A stretch of 64,000 nt of DNA from Entomortierella parvispora E1425 (GCA_020891255.1 BQFW01000008.1:3162001-3226000), one strand, 5' to 3'. Positions 24,301 through 35,652 are shown, counted from the first letter of the stretch. Notes: generated from the letters alone by a model not told the origin. Translations and numbers: made by a program.

Positions 24301-25325
24301 CTCGGCGGCCTTCAAGTACCATTTGATAGCCTTGAGTTTATCCTGCGGAACAATATCGCCAACGTGAAGCAAAACTCCCATATAGTACTGGGCCTGGACA
24401 AGTCCCTGGTGCGCTGCTTTGGTGTACCACTCCACAGCTAATGAGTTGTCCTGTGAAACGCCGTTGCCACGCTGGTATAGGATGCCAAGGTTAAATTGAG
24501 CATTGGCATATCCTTGATTTGCTGACTTTGAATACCACTTCGCTGCCTCATGAAAGTCCTGACTGACGCCGTCGCCATCATCGTACATCACGCCAACGCT
24601 GAATTGAGCAAGTGCGTATCCCTTGTTGGCTACTTTCAAGAACCATTCCAGGGCGGCCGATAGGTCCTTTTGAACGCCACAGCCGTCGTAATACATTGCA
24701 CCGACGGTGAACTGAGCAATTTCGTGTCCTTTGTGGGCAGCCTTCATGGTCCACTCCATGGCCTCGGGGCATTCGTTATCTCGGCGACAGATCATTCCCA
24801 AGTTGAATTGAGCATCAGCGAGTCCTTGGTTGGCGGCCTCGACAAACCAGTCTTTGGCAGTGGATTCACTTTTCTGGACACCTTTGCCGTCACGGTACAA
24901 CATGCCGAGGCTGTTCTGAGCGTGGGCGTTTCCTTGCATTCCCTCGCCTCCTTTCTTGGCAGCATTCAAATACAACTTTGCGGCTTTCCCATAGCTCTGC
25001 AGAACGCCTTCACCACCCTCATACATCCGTCCAGCTTTATTCCGGGCGCTTAGATCTCCTAGAGCTATACCTTCCCAAAAGCTGGAGAATCAGTTCATAC
25101 GTAGTCGACGGTCAAGGGTTGTTAGAGTGGGACTGATACACTATGCGAGTTTTATAAATAATACCAATAACGACATTCTTACCTGAGCTCATTGATTATG
25201 AGCATTAAACCATTGATGTCGGCATCATTCGCGGCAAGAGGATAAGGATCATTGATACCGTTGTAGTGGGTATTTACAAACCCATTCGGAACGGTTACTG
25301 CACGAAATATCCGATTCTTTTCCAT
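21388..25325 (-). CDS. Sel1-like repeat protein A, about 33 repeats, about 1280 aa
   Basis: Exon 1 25325-25183, phase-2 intron 25182-25082, then one 3.7-kb exon of 36-aa repeats (AQxxLGxMYxxGxGVxxDxxxAxxWYxKAAxQG). Confidence 0.92.
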
Positions 25326-26146
25326 GGACTGACTTGGATGGTTGTAAAGTTGGTGCAGGAAGGTGAAAGGGAATGTGAAAAATTGGCGAAAAGAGGCGTG
25401 AGAGTGGGAGAGTGAAAGACTGCGAGAGAGCTTGGATTTCCAGAGGCAGGGCAAACATGTTTGCTTTGCCATTTGTCTTTGTGGTTCCACAAAAAAACAT
25501 CAGGGGAACAGAAACCAAGGCGATGAAACGGGCGGCATCCGTGTGGTCCTCTTCAGTCCGACTGACATCTGAGCTGGCATTCAGGAGGGTGCATATCGAT
25601 CTTTCATTATGCGCACTTGGTCATCTATTTGAGGTACCAGGAAAAGTCAAATGGTGTTAATGGACTCAGGTCCCGAGTCTTCTCAGTTTCTTACATAAAC
25701 ACAATGATCTAGTCATGATGATGTACCTTTTTCTATGAGCGTTTATAAGGACATCGAAGATCTTTCTTGTCTACAGCAGGCTTGGGATTTTCTGAAAAGA
25801 AGCCATGAAATCTCGAAAGCAGGGAGCATCGCGTTCATCCATCACGGACCCGCACATAACAAGAAGGATCGGTTTGCAAAGGTAATGACGAGGGGCAGAC
25901 AGTTCTCCTTAAAGTTCATTGTGAATTGCAGACTGAGGAATAAATAATTGGTTGAAATGAAGGGGGCTGTCGCTGACGATGATGCAAACTGGACGAGCGG
26001 CGCGCAGTGATGAAAGAAGACGCGTCGATGACGACCGCGATGAATGAAAAGAGCGCCTCGTCACGTGCCCTCCATGACCCGATGACCGAAGAAGGGTCAC
26101 GGTGGAGTCATGCTTTTCTCTTTCTTTCGCCCACAACACTACCGCA

Positions 26147-27329
26147 ATGGCCGACAACAGCATCATGGACGAGACCTTTGATTTTTCAGAGTTGAGTCTG
26201 GAGGAGCCAGGTGACCAGATGGCTGGGCTGATCGAGCAGAGCCTACAGTTGAATGAACCCCATTCGGCCATTCCGTCATATTCTTCAGAGGAGCGGGAAC
26301 AACAGCAAAACGACCTGTTCAAGATTGAGGAACAGACTGCTTCTGGAACCGGCGGACCTGGAGACACAATAGTCGACAACGGACCCTGGGCAAAGATTCC
26401 ACCTTCGAGTAGCCGCATCGTAGATCCCTACCAGCCTGGCATCACAGCTCAAAAACTCGATGCTATGGCCGCGGATCCACATCACGTCTTCAGATCCAGT
26501 CAGACACCTTTTCCTTTTCCTTTCACAGTCCCCCCTTCACCGCCGTTGAATGCAAGCCCCACAACTGCAGCGAATGGGGTGACATCAGGCTCATCCGTGC
26601 CACCAACGCCATCAACATCCACATCATCATCTCGCGGAGCGACTTTGAGCAAGGATAGTCAATCGGACGAAAAGGATCTTGCAAATGACAAGATCCCCGC
26701 ATGGATGCTGGAGGACCCCAAGCTAGTTCCAAACTGGACGCCTACCACAGTAACTCATGATCAGACAGCGGACGAAGACTGGGCTTCGTTGCAAGACCGA
26801 TCTACAACGGTGGATAGCGCGGCGTTGTTTGGATTCACGTCATTTCCATCGTATGAGTCTCTTTCAATCGCCAATGCCATATCTGAGGAGCAACATCGAC
26901 GACAGAGCAATGACGATGGCGACCAAGATAACTTGCTCCCGGAAGCAGAGCCCGCTGGCGGGTTTGCGCGCTATGGTGAGCAAGGCCCCCAAAGCCTGTT
27001 GGGCCAGCATGAACAGGGCAGCCTCTTTGCTGGCGCGAAACAACAGTTCACAAGAAGAGAATCCTCATCATTGCCTCAACTGCAAGAATGGAGAACAGGA
27101 TCAGCGGGACAAGGACAGACCACATCCCGCATGGAGGTTGATGATGACATGGATGATTTTTTTGTGGAAGAAGAGGATGAGAGTCCTGTCATCAAGTAAG
27201 TTTGTCTCTCCTCTCTGCCCTTAATGTATTTGGCGGAAAATGCGAGCTGTGTCTAACTTGGATTGTTGTCTTTATAGAGCAAGTTCAGGATTTGCCCCTG
27301 CTCAGTTCCATCACAACATGGAGGACTAA
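26147..27329 (+). CDS. Hypothetical acidic, Ser/Pro-rich disordered protein (2 exons)
   Basis: 1-kb ORF from ATG 26147; GTAAGT donor near 27197 and an AG acceptor near 27279 give a short in-frame last exon (ASSGFAPAQFHHNMED*). No recognisable domain. Confidence 0.65.
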
Positions 27330-27624
27330 AAACTTTGACCCTCTGCAATTACTCTCTCGTTGAGACGAAACGAAATCAACCAAAACTCGAGGCACCTTTG
27401 ATATTCCTATTTTCGGCCTGTGTACAATATCCTTTTGCAACATTAAATTCCTCATTTTTTTTTTCCTTCTGTGAATTGATATTTTGATATTATTGTACAA
27501 TATTGGGAGGTGGTGGGTTCAAAGATGCTGGTGATGGAGTTTCAAGCAAGCCAGTCTAGACGTGTTTCTGAGCAAAGAAAAAAATTGTCGGGCAGGTGTC
27601 TTTCCACTTTTTGTTCATGGTCCT

Positions 27625-28478
27625 CTAATCCGACATATCCGACATGTCCGAATCCGAGTCAGCTTCCCTCTCCCGTTTTGCTGCTGCGGATGAAGACTCA
27701 GGGTTTGTGCTGTTGGATCCTCCAAGCTTCTTCATGGGTGGTGGTTTGTAAGTTCCCTCGATCTTTGCGATGGCGTGTGATTTTGACTTTGCATATTGAA
27801 TCTCCTAGAAAGCATTGACAGGGACAAACGGAAGTAAAATATTAGCAATTGGGGACTCCGTGATCAAGGGGCTTCTCCAATTGAAGTTCCACGTCCAGAC
27901 ATCGTGTTCGGTCTTGATCTTTGAAAAAATGAGAAGCGTCGCTCACCAGCTGTTTGCCGTAAAAATTGAACCCCTGGAGTCCACGGAGAGCCGTTGTGGC
28001 CGAAACGATGTCAGAGAATGCAATAAAGGCCTGACCACGTTCACGCGTTGTCTTCAGGGCTACAATTGAGATCACTTTTCCATAAGCTGAGAACAAGCTG
28101 TAAAGACTACGCTTCAATTCTAAGGACGAAAGCAAAGACGAGAATTACGTTTAGGACTCGTGAACATGCCTGATTAGAGAGGAAAAGGATTCTTTCATGA
28201 AGACAAAGAATCTCCCAGATATGTACAGTCTGCGCGTGTTCTGAATGGAATGGCAGGTCCACTCCTGGTCCAGAACTCTGTGGTGTCTTGTGGTGTCCTC
28301 TCCTGTCCTGTCTTGATTTGCCCAAGATCCTCCTCATGTTGCCACCATGCGGGTCATCCAGCAGATCTGGGAATAAAAATCAGTGGATGAGCAATGTACC
28401 AATCTTGTTGATCTTCTCGTTCAGGTTGCGAACATAGATTGTCTGGTTGGGGTCGATCGTAGGCGCCGTGGATGCCAT
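27625..28478 (-). CDS. U1A/U2B''-like snRNP protein with a single RRM (3 exons)
   Basis: PNQTIYVRNLNEKINK, ELKRSLYSLFSAYGKV, RGQAFIAFSD..SATTALRGLQGFNFYGK, IQYAKSKSHAIAK, then a short tail ending SDMSDMSD*. Confidence 0.88.
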
Positions 28479-28851
28479 GATGGATAAAAAATGTGTAGAG
28501 TGGAGGGTGTAACAACGAAGCAAAGGGGTACTGGATGTAGATGCTGATACATATCAGCACCTACATCCACCCCTCGTGATGACGTCACCCTTTTCTTTTT
28601 TTTTTTAGCGCCCATTGCACCACACGCGCCATCCTCACTCCCTCAATCCTCACTCCCAACCTCATCCGCCACCACAATCTCTTTACCTTTCTTATCCTTT
28701 GCTCTCTCCATCACTCTTCTCTTTGTACCCTTGCCTTTATCGATTCGTCATCACACTGCCATAACATTTTACGGGCAAGTACTCACTGGTAGTTTGTTAG
28801 CGAAAGATGATGGTTTCTTTTCAGTGCTTTTATTAAGCTGGACATGTGCGG

Positions 28852-29182
28852 ACGCTCTGTGCCCAGTGATGTTTTATCATTGACGCATTCAGTCTAAAAC
28901 GTCGCCTACCCTTTTGATTGGTTTTTCTTCTTTGGCGTCTCATGTTTGTGGCATGCGGTACCAACCCAGAGTTGAAACCATCTTTTGGTCCCGTACGTTA
29001 GTCGGCATGCCCGTGGGCATCTTGATGTATAACGCTCTGTGCCCAGTGATGTTTTGTCACTGACGCATTCAGTCTAAAACGTCGCCTACCCTTTTGATTG
29101 GTTTTCTTCTTTGGCGTCTCATGTTAGTGGCATGCGGCACCCACCCAGAGTTGAAGATCTTCATTTGGTCCCGTGCGTTAGT
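28852..29182. repeat. Two direct copies of a 151-bp element (28852-29002 and 29032-29182; 180-bp period) with hairpin potential
   Basis: Both copies begin ACGCTCTGTGCCCAGTGATGTTTT and end CCCGT(A/G)CGTTAGT, with scattered substitutions and small indels. Confidence 0.92.
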
Positions 29183-29286
29183 TTTCATCTCGTGTCTACC
29201 TGAATATGTGTTATTATTCAGGCTACACTTTCAACAAACAGTGCCATTTCCGACAGTAAATCTCTTTTTTCTGACGTTAATTAGAC

Positions 29287-31276
29287 ATGTCCGTTCTCAC
29301 GCTTCAAGAAGATGCTTGGTACAAGTCCGCCAAGACCCCAGACGACAGATCCCCGGAATCGTTTTTTATGGCCTTCAAACTCACGAATAGGTTCACGGCT
29401 CACCGTCGATACGGGTGGGTCATCCGGAGATGTTGTTCAGACATGAACCTTCGAAACGAACGCCAGGACGCATTTGAACAATGGAAGTTAAGTGACAGAG
29501 CGGAGTTATATTGGACGCACCAAAAAGCTCGACTTTCAGCAATCAGGACAGCTGGCACGTTGATTGAAGCCTCAGAGTCGTACGCCGAAGATTCTCTTCA
29601 TCGTATCTCGATTGTGCCCAAAGGTATGTTTTTATTCTTTGAACTCAAATACTCCTGCATGGTCGAGGATGTGGTGGAATGAAGATGCTAATTGATACGT
29701 TGTCGGCTCTTGTATATTCTTTATAGTGACATCCACCACACCTATTGGATCACCCACACGTACGATGCAATCAGAGCCACTGAGGGTGGAGGATCTGGAT
29801 CTGCCACCACCAGCGCTCACTTCGCCGGCAGACGTATCGACAACCTTGGATGCATCTGACGCAGAAGGAACAGTGCCTGATCCCGCACCGACGATCTCCG
29901 GAGAAGATGACGAATCACCTTTGATTGCTATGACCGAACGAGAGTTTCTTCTTTCACAAATTGAAAGCATTGGCCATGAATGCGAGCCTCAAGGCGGAGT
30001 GGGTTGTTTGACGTGTCAGTTCAAATCCTACCAGCGACTATGTGCCACCGCACTCCACCAAAATGAGCTTCAGATTACAGATGTCGCGGATGTTGTCGCA
30101 TTACTAGGGGTATTGGTGCCCTCCAAAGCAACCGAGAGGATGAAGTCCATCTTTCAGGAAAAGACTCTGGACGATTTGAGAAGATCAGACGAAGAATGGC
30201 CCAACGTTGGGTTCAACGAGTCTTTGGTGACAGACGCTATCAGAGTATGTGTAACATCTATTTTGGACAGAAATTCTCAAGCGCCTCCTGGAAACACATC
30301 TTGACGATTGCTATTCTTTTTCCTTTTTTTCTTTTAGCATTGTATGCGTGGTCAGAAGGGCCGTGTGAGCGAAGTTTTGCGCCCACTCGGAGAGAATTAC
30401 CGACGCATCCAGCTATTACTCGAGACTCGGTAATCAAAAGTTGGGAAATGCTATGCCTAGTATATATGTTGTGTTTGCGCAACGGCTGATCAATTTGTCT
30501 TATGGTTTTGATAGCCTGGAATACCTGCCTTTGGAAGAAGTAAAAGAGCTCTCGGAAATGGACTTCACTGTCAAGTACGTCGGTCCTGTCATGGAGGCTT
30601 TTTTGGATTCCAATCGTGCCGCCAGCAGATTGTAAGCGTTTGTGCACTTTTTTATTTGAGAAAATGGCCAGATTGTGGAAAGTGTTCCTAACAATTACTG
30701 TGGCTGTATTATTTATATTTAGTCCGAACAAGAATTGCTTGACTCAGAAGCGCCTGGGTATGAAACCAGATCGTCCTGATCTGTCCGTTGTGGTCGGCAA
30801 GACGGAAGTAGCGTTTGGTGAGATCACAGGTCCATCAAAACAGAAGAGCACTTGGAAAAATAACTGGGATTTTTACAGGACAGTCCGGTACGGCAAGGCC
30901 TTTCTTGATGCAGGTCACAAGATTGCGCCTTTATTTCAAATCATCTACACAAAAGGGACTTACATGCGGCTGAAAGAGGCCACACACGGAATGTTCGTGC
31001 TCGAAGAAGTGGGCGCTTTCACCATCCCCGTGACAGTTGAGATGATCGCCTTGTTCATGGCAAACATTCAAACACTAGTGATCGCTCAGGTAAGCAGGTT
31101 CAAGTTTGGATTCTTTAATTTGCAGAAGAGGATTACGATTTTAACACGTCCAATCAATCTACCAGGCCGATATTGAAAGAATTGCTGTCGGGTCGTTGGA
31201 GGAGCTGAAGAGGTCCTGGGGATACAAAGATCTGGGCAAGAACAAGAAATCATTAGTTCAGGGTTCCAAAGGGTGA
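29287..31276 (+). CDS. PD-(D/E)XK restriction-endonuclease-fold-like protein, 6 exons, 513 aa (transposon/Crinkler-REase-type family)
   Basis: Exons 29287-29623, 29727-30244, 30338-30429, 30515-30631, 30723-31089 and 31166-31276 join in frame via GT-AG introns (1542 nt). Core SEMDFTVKYVGPVMEAF...FPNK...RPDL...AFGEIT...WDFYRTVRYGKAFLD. Confidence 0.75.
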
Positions 31277-31633
31277 GTGATGGTGATATGCATTTAACTA
31301 TGGTAGAAGTATAATGCCTTTGTAGACTCTATCATAACATAAAGCGTTCTATTGTTTGTCTGTTATTGTTGACTTCATTAGCCGCAAGGCAGTTCGGCGT
31401 TCACAACCGGAAGGAGCTGATGGCACCTTGGAGCGTGGTCAAGCCCCACCAACGAACTAAATGATCAAGCAGGAACACAACAGCACAGGTGATCTCTTGA
31501 TGGCCAAGGCCCCCGATACGGCCGATGGCAAGAATATGAAGCTTTACAAGGTGAGAACGACGCAGAACCGGAGTGATGGTCAACATGTGAATATCAATAA
31601 ACCATGGGAAAGTGGAAGCAACAGCAGCAACAA

Positions 31634-31716
31634 CAAAAACACCATCTAGCGACAAAAAAAAACACCATCAAGCGACAAAAAAAAAAACATCTAGCAACAA
31701 AAACAACAACATCCAA
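31634..31716. repeat. Degenerate ~23-bp A-rich tandem repeat (A-run + CACCATCTAGCGAC), 3-4 units
   Basis: aaaaacaccatctagcgac / aaaaaaaaacaccatcaagcgac / aaaaaaaaaaacatctagcaac / aaaaacaacaacatcc. Confidence 0.75.
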
Positions 31717-31932
31717 GGAATAACTGGTCCTCATTGTCCCAAGTTCATTACTGCAAAAATGACTGAATAAATCATTGACAATACTGTGCACTGTGCCAAA
31801 GGGAACACCATGGTCCGCGTTTTTTTTTTTTTGGTCAAATCAGATGGGGTTTGAGTCCTACGTTTTTGACGTGTAGTTTTCTATTAAAATAGACTATGAT
31901 AATGTAGATATATTTTCATTTCTCAGTCCTCT

Positions 31933-33355
31933 TCAGGGCCACATGGCCCACTCTGAATCTAGAGAAACCAGGGATGGTCCGCTATTGCGAAGAGCAAAGG
32001 AAAGTTCGCCGATCAATCTGCCGACGTTACTTGAGTAGGTGAGAATCTGATGCTCACATTGGGCGGCAGCGTAAACATCCAGCAAGAAATCCCTCTCGAG
32101 CATATCCATGGGCATGCCTCGGGCTCTCTCGGTGTACCAGGCCTCGTTCGGCCGAGGCACGTTCAGATACTGGAATCGAAAGTTCTTGTACTCCTCGCTG
32201 GACTTGATCACCTTGGAGTCATCCGACATGAGGTAAATGTTTGAAACTCCAGTTTGGCGCTTGTACTCCTCAGCCTTGTCAATGTAATCCGGAAACTCCA
32301 AAAGCGTGGCCTCCCAATGCTTGTCCGAGTGCCGTACATGTACGGACATGCAAGGAGTCTGGATAGGAGAATACCGACGGAATTGCTCTCTGAACTGATG
32401 GTTGGGCCGGGTGGCGTAGTATGTAACCATGGTTCTTAACCAGAACAGGTCCTTGTCGTCAAACCCAGGGGTCCGCGTCATGGATTTTGACAGGCCGACC
32501 ATCTCATTGAGGTCGCTGCCAATAGTCTGGAAGTTGACAGTTGATTCTGTCCAGTCGGCGAATACATGCAGTGGAGGGGATTCCCTGAAGGCTCGCTCCA
32601 TGTCTGCCTCAGTGCATGATGTCAGAGGTATAAAGTTGTTGAGGACTTCGGGAGTCACCAAGGTCATGTTGTGATAAAGACCCAAAGAGAGACCTAGAGC
32701 AACTGTGTGCCATTTTGATCCAAATCCGTTTCCGTTGACTGCTCCGTTAAAGAAGTTGGTGCATCGGTGTTGAAGGCTATCCAATTGTTCCAGATAGGCG
32801 AGACGACGGGGATCTTCAAATGTCGTCAACAGTTCGTATCCACCGCTGTGCAATATGTCAACCATCCACCGAGATCGTCTTTGAACAAACTTGTCAATTG
32901 CCTCCCCAAGTTCTGATCCCTCGCCTTGAACAATGATCCTGAGGGTGTTTTTGCTAACTTCGACAATGTGATCCTTAGTGGTGACGATGGATCCATAAGT
33001 TTGATCTTGGCAACTACCGATCGAAGAGGGGAAGTCTCCGCAAATGTCGACTAGGGCCGCCTTGCTAGCCTCTGTTCGAACGCAGACTGTATCGCCTTGG
33101 GGCAAGGGGCAGAGTGAGCGTTTCTCGGCCTCTTTGAGATGTGTGTAGCCCTCAATCCTCTTATCGGTAATCAGTCGATATAGCATGACGTTGTGCACAT
33201 GGACCATCAGCCCTATCCCGCAAGCAATGGCGACAGCATAGAACAACCGCTTGACCTAGAGTGGTGGCAAACTTTATAGTTAGCTAATGAAGGAATCATC
33301 TGTGTGGTTCGAATGAGGCTGCTCTCCATACTTTTGGATTTGATGGGAACTTCAT
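31933..33355 (-). CDS. GT23/FUT8-like (alpha-1,6) fucosyltransferase, type II membrane protein
   Basis: 24-nt exon 1 (MKFPSNPK) plus exon 2 from 33255; N-terminal TM helix; motifs SVHVRHSDK, IYLMSDD, DVYAAAQCEHQILTYSSNVGRL, SLDSEW resemble fucosyltransferase motifs I-III. Confidence 0.75.
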
Positions 33356-33949
33356 GTCCAGCCCTCCCAGTTAAGATGAAGAGAGATGAGATGAGATGGC
33401 TGAAGAGAAAGATGAGAGATGGAGCGGAGATGTGATGGAAGCCAGGATACTCTGGAAGCCATACCGAGATTTTTTTTTATTTTTTTTTTTTGGGGTCTCA
33501 CACGCTCCTGAAGGTCCGAGCACAGCCCAATTTCGGGAACAGGGGAAGTGACGAAGTGACAACGGCAATGCTACAAGCAGATCGATTGCACTCTTGTCCC
33601 ACAGGAATAAAAACTTGAAAGCGTGTAGAATAGAGGTGCCCATTGTTATCGTCTACAGCAATGCTGCTGAGTTTCTGATATTAAGGATCACCTTGACAGT
33701 CTAGGACGACAGGCATTGAAGACGAGATTCTAGAAAGGTGAGTTGAAAACAAAGCTGAAAAAAAACAGATTAAAAACTAAAATATAGTCTCAATTAAGGG
33801 TAAATCATGTGACGTCATTTTTCGGTCTGGCGGCCGGGTTTGATCCGGTCGGGGGAATCCAGCACATGGACATTGTCAGCAAGGTGCTTTCGCCTCTTTT
33901 CCTTTCCATTACTCACCCCTCCTCTCTCTATCTCAACACTCAGTCCACC

Positions 33950-35125
33950 ATGACCAAGTCCACCAAAGTCTTTTTCGACATCGCTGTCAACCAGAAGCCT
34001 GGTACGTGCTTCATTCTCCCTGCTGCATTGAGTGATTCTGATCATTCAACCCGTCGCTGTCGCGTTGCATTTTGACAAAACAAATCACAACATATAATGA
34101 ACGCAAATGACGTTTGATCCGCTAAAACGCTTCAACATGTCTTTTAACCAAACCCCCGCCCTCGTTTATTAGCTGGTCGCATGACCTTCAAGCTCTTCAA
34201 CGAGACCGTCCCCAAGACCGCCGAGAACTTCAGAGCCTTGTGCACTGGTGAGCACGGAAAGTCCAAGCTCTCCGGCATGCCCCTCACCTACAAGGGCAGC
34301 AAGTTGTAAGTTTTTCTCTCGTCGGGGACAATTCTTTTGACATCATTGGCATGCCAAGCATACAGCCCACTAATAGTTTTCATCTTGCTATAGCCACCGT
34401 ATCATCCCCGGTTTCATGGCTCAGGGTAAAAAAAAACAATTGATCTAAGACCATGGATCCGGATTCATAGCATTGGAACATTGGGCGTGGAGAAATGGAT
34501 CTCCCTCGGGCTTTACTCTTCTGTACACTGCAGCTACTAACACAATTCTTGCTTTCTTCTCTTCTTTTGAATTCTGTGATCGCTTGACCTCCAGGTGGTG
34601 GTACGTCATACAGGATGCTCCCTAATCGCCTTGTTTGTGTTTGATCTACGATCCGAGCCTTGTCAGCTAATTTCGCTCTAAAATTCTTTACGTTACAGAC
34701 TTCACCCGCGGTGATGGACGTGGTGGCGAGTCCATCTACGGTGCCAAGTTTGCCGAGTACGTTTTTTCAGCTGGTTTCTTTTCGGACAGAATGTATCCCA
34801 GGCTGACGTTTGGATGAACGCATCGCTAACTTGCATACAATTCATTTTTTCCTCCTTTTTTCAATTCTTGTACGTTACCAGTGAGAACTTCAAGATTGCT
34901 CACCGTGGACCCGTCTTGTCGATGGCCAACGCTGGACCCAACACCAACGGCTCTCAGTTCTTCATTTGCTTCCAGGATACTCCTTGGTTGGATGGCAAGC
35001 ACACCGTCTTCGGAAAGATTGAGCAGGGTGAGGAGGTCTTGAAGAAGCTCGAGTCCTTCGGTACCCCAAGCGGCGCCCCCACCGCCTCGGTCGAGATTGT
35101 CGACTGCGGTGAGATCTCCGAGTAA
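33950..35125 (+). CDS. Cyclophilin-type peptidyl-prolyl isomerase (6 exons including a 6-nt microexon)
   Basis: [75 protein letters not shown]. Confidence 0.96.
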
Positions 35126-35307
35126 AAAAAAGAAGGGAAGCTCTCTTCATAATTATACGCTGCCGACAACGAACTATTAAAAATGTCAACAGGACAATAC
35201 CAGGGAATCTGGACTTCAACAAAACTCGCTATTGCTGCAACCGTGTTTGTTTTTTGTTTTCTCCTTTTTTTTTCTTTCTTTTCTGGAGATCAACATAAAG
35301 GAGTGAT

Positions 35308-35355
35308 GGGGACAGAGACGGGGACAGAGGCGGGGACAGAGGCGGGGACAGAGGC
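35308..35355. repeat. 12-bp tandem repeat (GGGGACAGAGGC) x4 between the convergent cyclophilin and CDK9 3' ends
   Basis: ggggacagagac ggggacagaggc ggggacagaggc ggggacagaggc. Confidence 0.9.
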
Positions 35356-35652
35356 ATGAAAACACAGCTTCTACCCAAGGGTGGTACAAAAATGAGATCG
35401 CCGTTTCCCACACTGTCACTCAAGGGGAAGCCATCTCCAAGCAAACCAAGGGGTGAGCACTCGCTTTTTGTCAGGGGGAATCAATGGCAAGTTTTATTTC
35501 CTCTCCAAGATGCGGTATGTACATGATATTTTTCGGGAGTTTTTTTTTTCTTTCTTTCTTTTCTGTTACGGGTTGGCTGGTTGGGATTGTTCGTTTGTTG
35601 CCTTCGTCTCTTGGACAGACCCCATGATCTTTTCTCAGTCCTGTTCCCCCTT

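Noticed and set aside
21388-25026. Periodic 108-bp DNA repeats considered as a CRISPR-like array
   Set aside because: They are protein-coding Sel1 repeats with synonymous variation and no spacers; the genome is eukaryotic.
28790-31930. Classical DNA transposon, Helitron or LTR boundaries around the nuclease-like gene
   Set aside because: No terminal inverted repeats, target-site duplication, LTRs or TC...CTRR ends found by eye, so it is not annotated as a mobile_element.
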